Of a stretch of 64,000 bases of DNA, positions 63,009 to 64,000 are shown in pieces; the first letter of the stretch is position 1, and each line of letters begins with the position of its first letter. Source of the stretch: a virus (lineage: Duplodnaviria; Caudoviricetes). The DNA is taken from positions 110,808-174,807 of the IMG/VR virus record IMGVR_UViG_3300037400_002732. One strand, written 5' to 3'. A program made the position numbers and the translations under genes. A model generated the notes under the pieces. That model made no database searches. It was not told the DNA's origin and saw only the letters and a program-made list of their open reading frames with translations.

Positions 63009-63857
63009 GTGCTCATGAAACAGAAAGTTCCCGATTCCGACATCATATTATATGCAACTAATTGCAAAAGCATGCGCGAGGGTGCAATGAAATGCGGATT
63101 AGATGCGTCGTCATTTTATCGACGTGCTAAAAAATTAGGTGTATATGATGGCAATCGCTGGAAGAACGAATGTATTGCTAAGGCTGCTAAGAAGGCCGAC
63201 GAATTAAACCAACCATTGGTATGTCCATATTGTGGTAAAGAATGTAAAAATAAGATGTCGTACGCTGGTCATACGCGATCGTGTCCTAATAACCCCAACC
63301 GCAATTATGTTAACCATTCTGTAGGACACAAAGCTTGGAATGCTGGTTTAACAAAAGAAACTGATGAACGTTTACGACTAAAGGGTGAATGCTTACATGA
63401 ACGGTATAAAAATAAAGAATTGTTGCCTCCGTGGTTGGGTAAAACACATACAGAGGAAACTAAACAAAAGTTATCTAAAGCGATGCAACTAGCTCATAAA
63501 GAAGGTCGAGCACATAATATTGGTGAAAGTAGGTGGAACAATGAACATAGTTGGCCAGAAATATGGATGATAAATGTATTAAAAAATGAATTTGGCTTTA
63601 TAGAAGGCATTAACTATAAAACCGAGTATTCGTTTCATAGATTCTCATTAGACTTTGCATTTGTTGATGAAAAAGTTTGTATTGAAGTTGATGGTAAACA
63701 GCATAAAACTGATAAAAAACAACAAGAGCGAGACGCCAATAAAGATCGTTTACTAATTGAAGAAGGTTGGCGTGAATTGCGAATACCGTGGGTGGAATGC
63801 TGTAATGATACACAAAAGTGGATTAATATAATTAAAGAGTTTTTAACGGGAGTATAA
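63009..63857 (+). CDS. Free-standing putative homing endonuclease (Zn finger, NUMOD3, DUF559/Vsr-like nuclease)
   Basis: CPYCGKEC...HTRSC; GKTHTEETKQKLS; FSLDFAF...IEVDGKQH...GWRELRIPW; visibly AT-richer than flanking genes; start may be ATG 63015. Confidence 0.8.
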   Translation: MLMKQKVPDSDIILYATNCKSMREGAMKCGLDASSFYRRAKKLGVYDGNRWKNECIAKAAKKADELNQPLVCPYCGKECKNKMSYAGHTRSCPNNPNRNYVNHSVGHKAWNAGLTKETDERLRLKGECLHERYKNKELLPPWLGKTHTEETKQKLSKAMQLAHKEGRAHNIGESRWNNEHSWPEIWMINVLKNEFGFIEGINYKTEYSFHRFSLDFAFVDEKVCIEVDGKQHKTDKKQQERDANKDRLLIEEGWRELRIPWVECCNDTQKWINIIKEFLTGV

Positions 63858-63921
63858 TACAACTGGATAAGTATAGTTGACTCTTAATCAACGAATTGGC
63901 GTTCGAGTCGCCATACTCTCA
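63848..63921 (+). tRNA. tRNA-Lys(CTT)
   Basis: GGGAGTA/TACTCTC acceptor; GTTGA-CTCTTAA-TCAAC; TGGCG-TTCGAGT-CGCCA. Confidence 0.88.
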
Positions 63922-64000
63922 CTAACTAGCCTTCTGTTTTTGACAAGCGCAGATGGGGAAACGAAGGTCGGTCGACGCAACCGTTGGCGTAGCGTCATCT

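Noticed and set aside
1-64000. Stop-codon reassignment as in some large phages
   Set aside because: Conserved genes are full length in the standard code, TAG and TGA both end genes at sensible boundaries, and no suppressor tRNA is seen here.
1-64000. Specific host assignment
   Set aside because: Sigma70-type -35/-10 promoters and SD sequences argue weakly against a Bacteroidota host, but nothing in the window identifies the host.

Overview
This window is 64 kb of a large T4-superfamily (myovirus-like, probably jumbo) phage genome in the standard genetic code. All calls come from motif recognition by eye; no searches or folding programs were run. Positions 1-52.9 kb are the late morphogenesis region. 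It carries portal (gp20), major capsid (gp23), gp67-like core, prohead protease (gp21), scaffold (gp22), late sigma factor (gp55), gp15/gp13/gp14-like neck and tail-completion proteins, gp6/gp7-like baseplate wedge proteins and five large fibre-like proteins. It also has a two-domain peptidoglycan hydrolase, Hsp20, a Dps-like protein, an AAA+ ATPase and a GT2-TPR glycosyltransferase. An 8-bp late-promoter motif, (G/T/A)ATAAACT, precedes 18 genes on both strands. Positions 52.9-61.7 kb are accessory genes: an M48 peptidase, a PD-(D/E)XK nuclease, several apparent pseudo-enzymes and putative head-packaged proteins. The most striking region is the tRNA array at 61.76-64 kb. A sigma70-type promoter drives a 39-codon leader ORF that uses 19 of 20 amino acids. 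Its coding sequence can form a 13-bp antiterminator against the intrinsic terminator in front of the array, so it looks like a ribosome-sensing attenuator that turns phage tRNAs on when translation stalls. The array holds three tRNA-Ala isoacceptors sharing a bulged acceptor stem, an anticodon-less tRNA mimic, a 198-nt 8/4-type tRNA-like RNA with a roughly 100-nt D-loop insert, ordinary Arg/Glu/Ile/Phe/Lys tRNAs and a free-standing endonuclease gene that overlaps tRNA-Lys.
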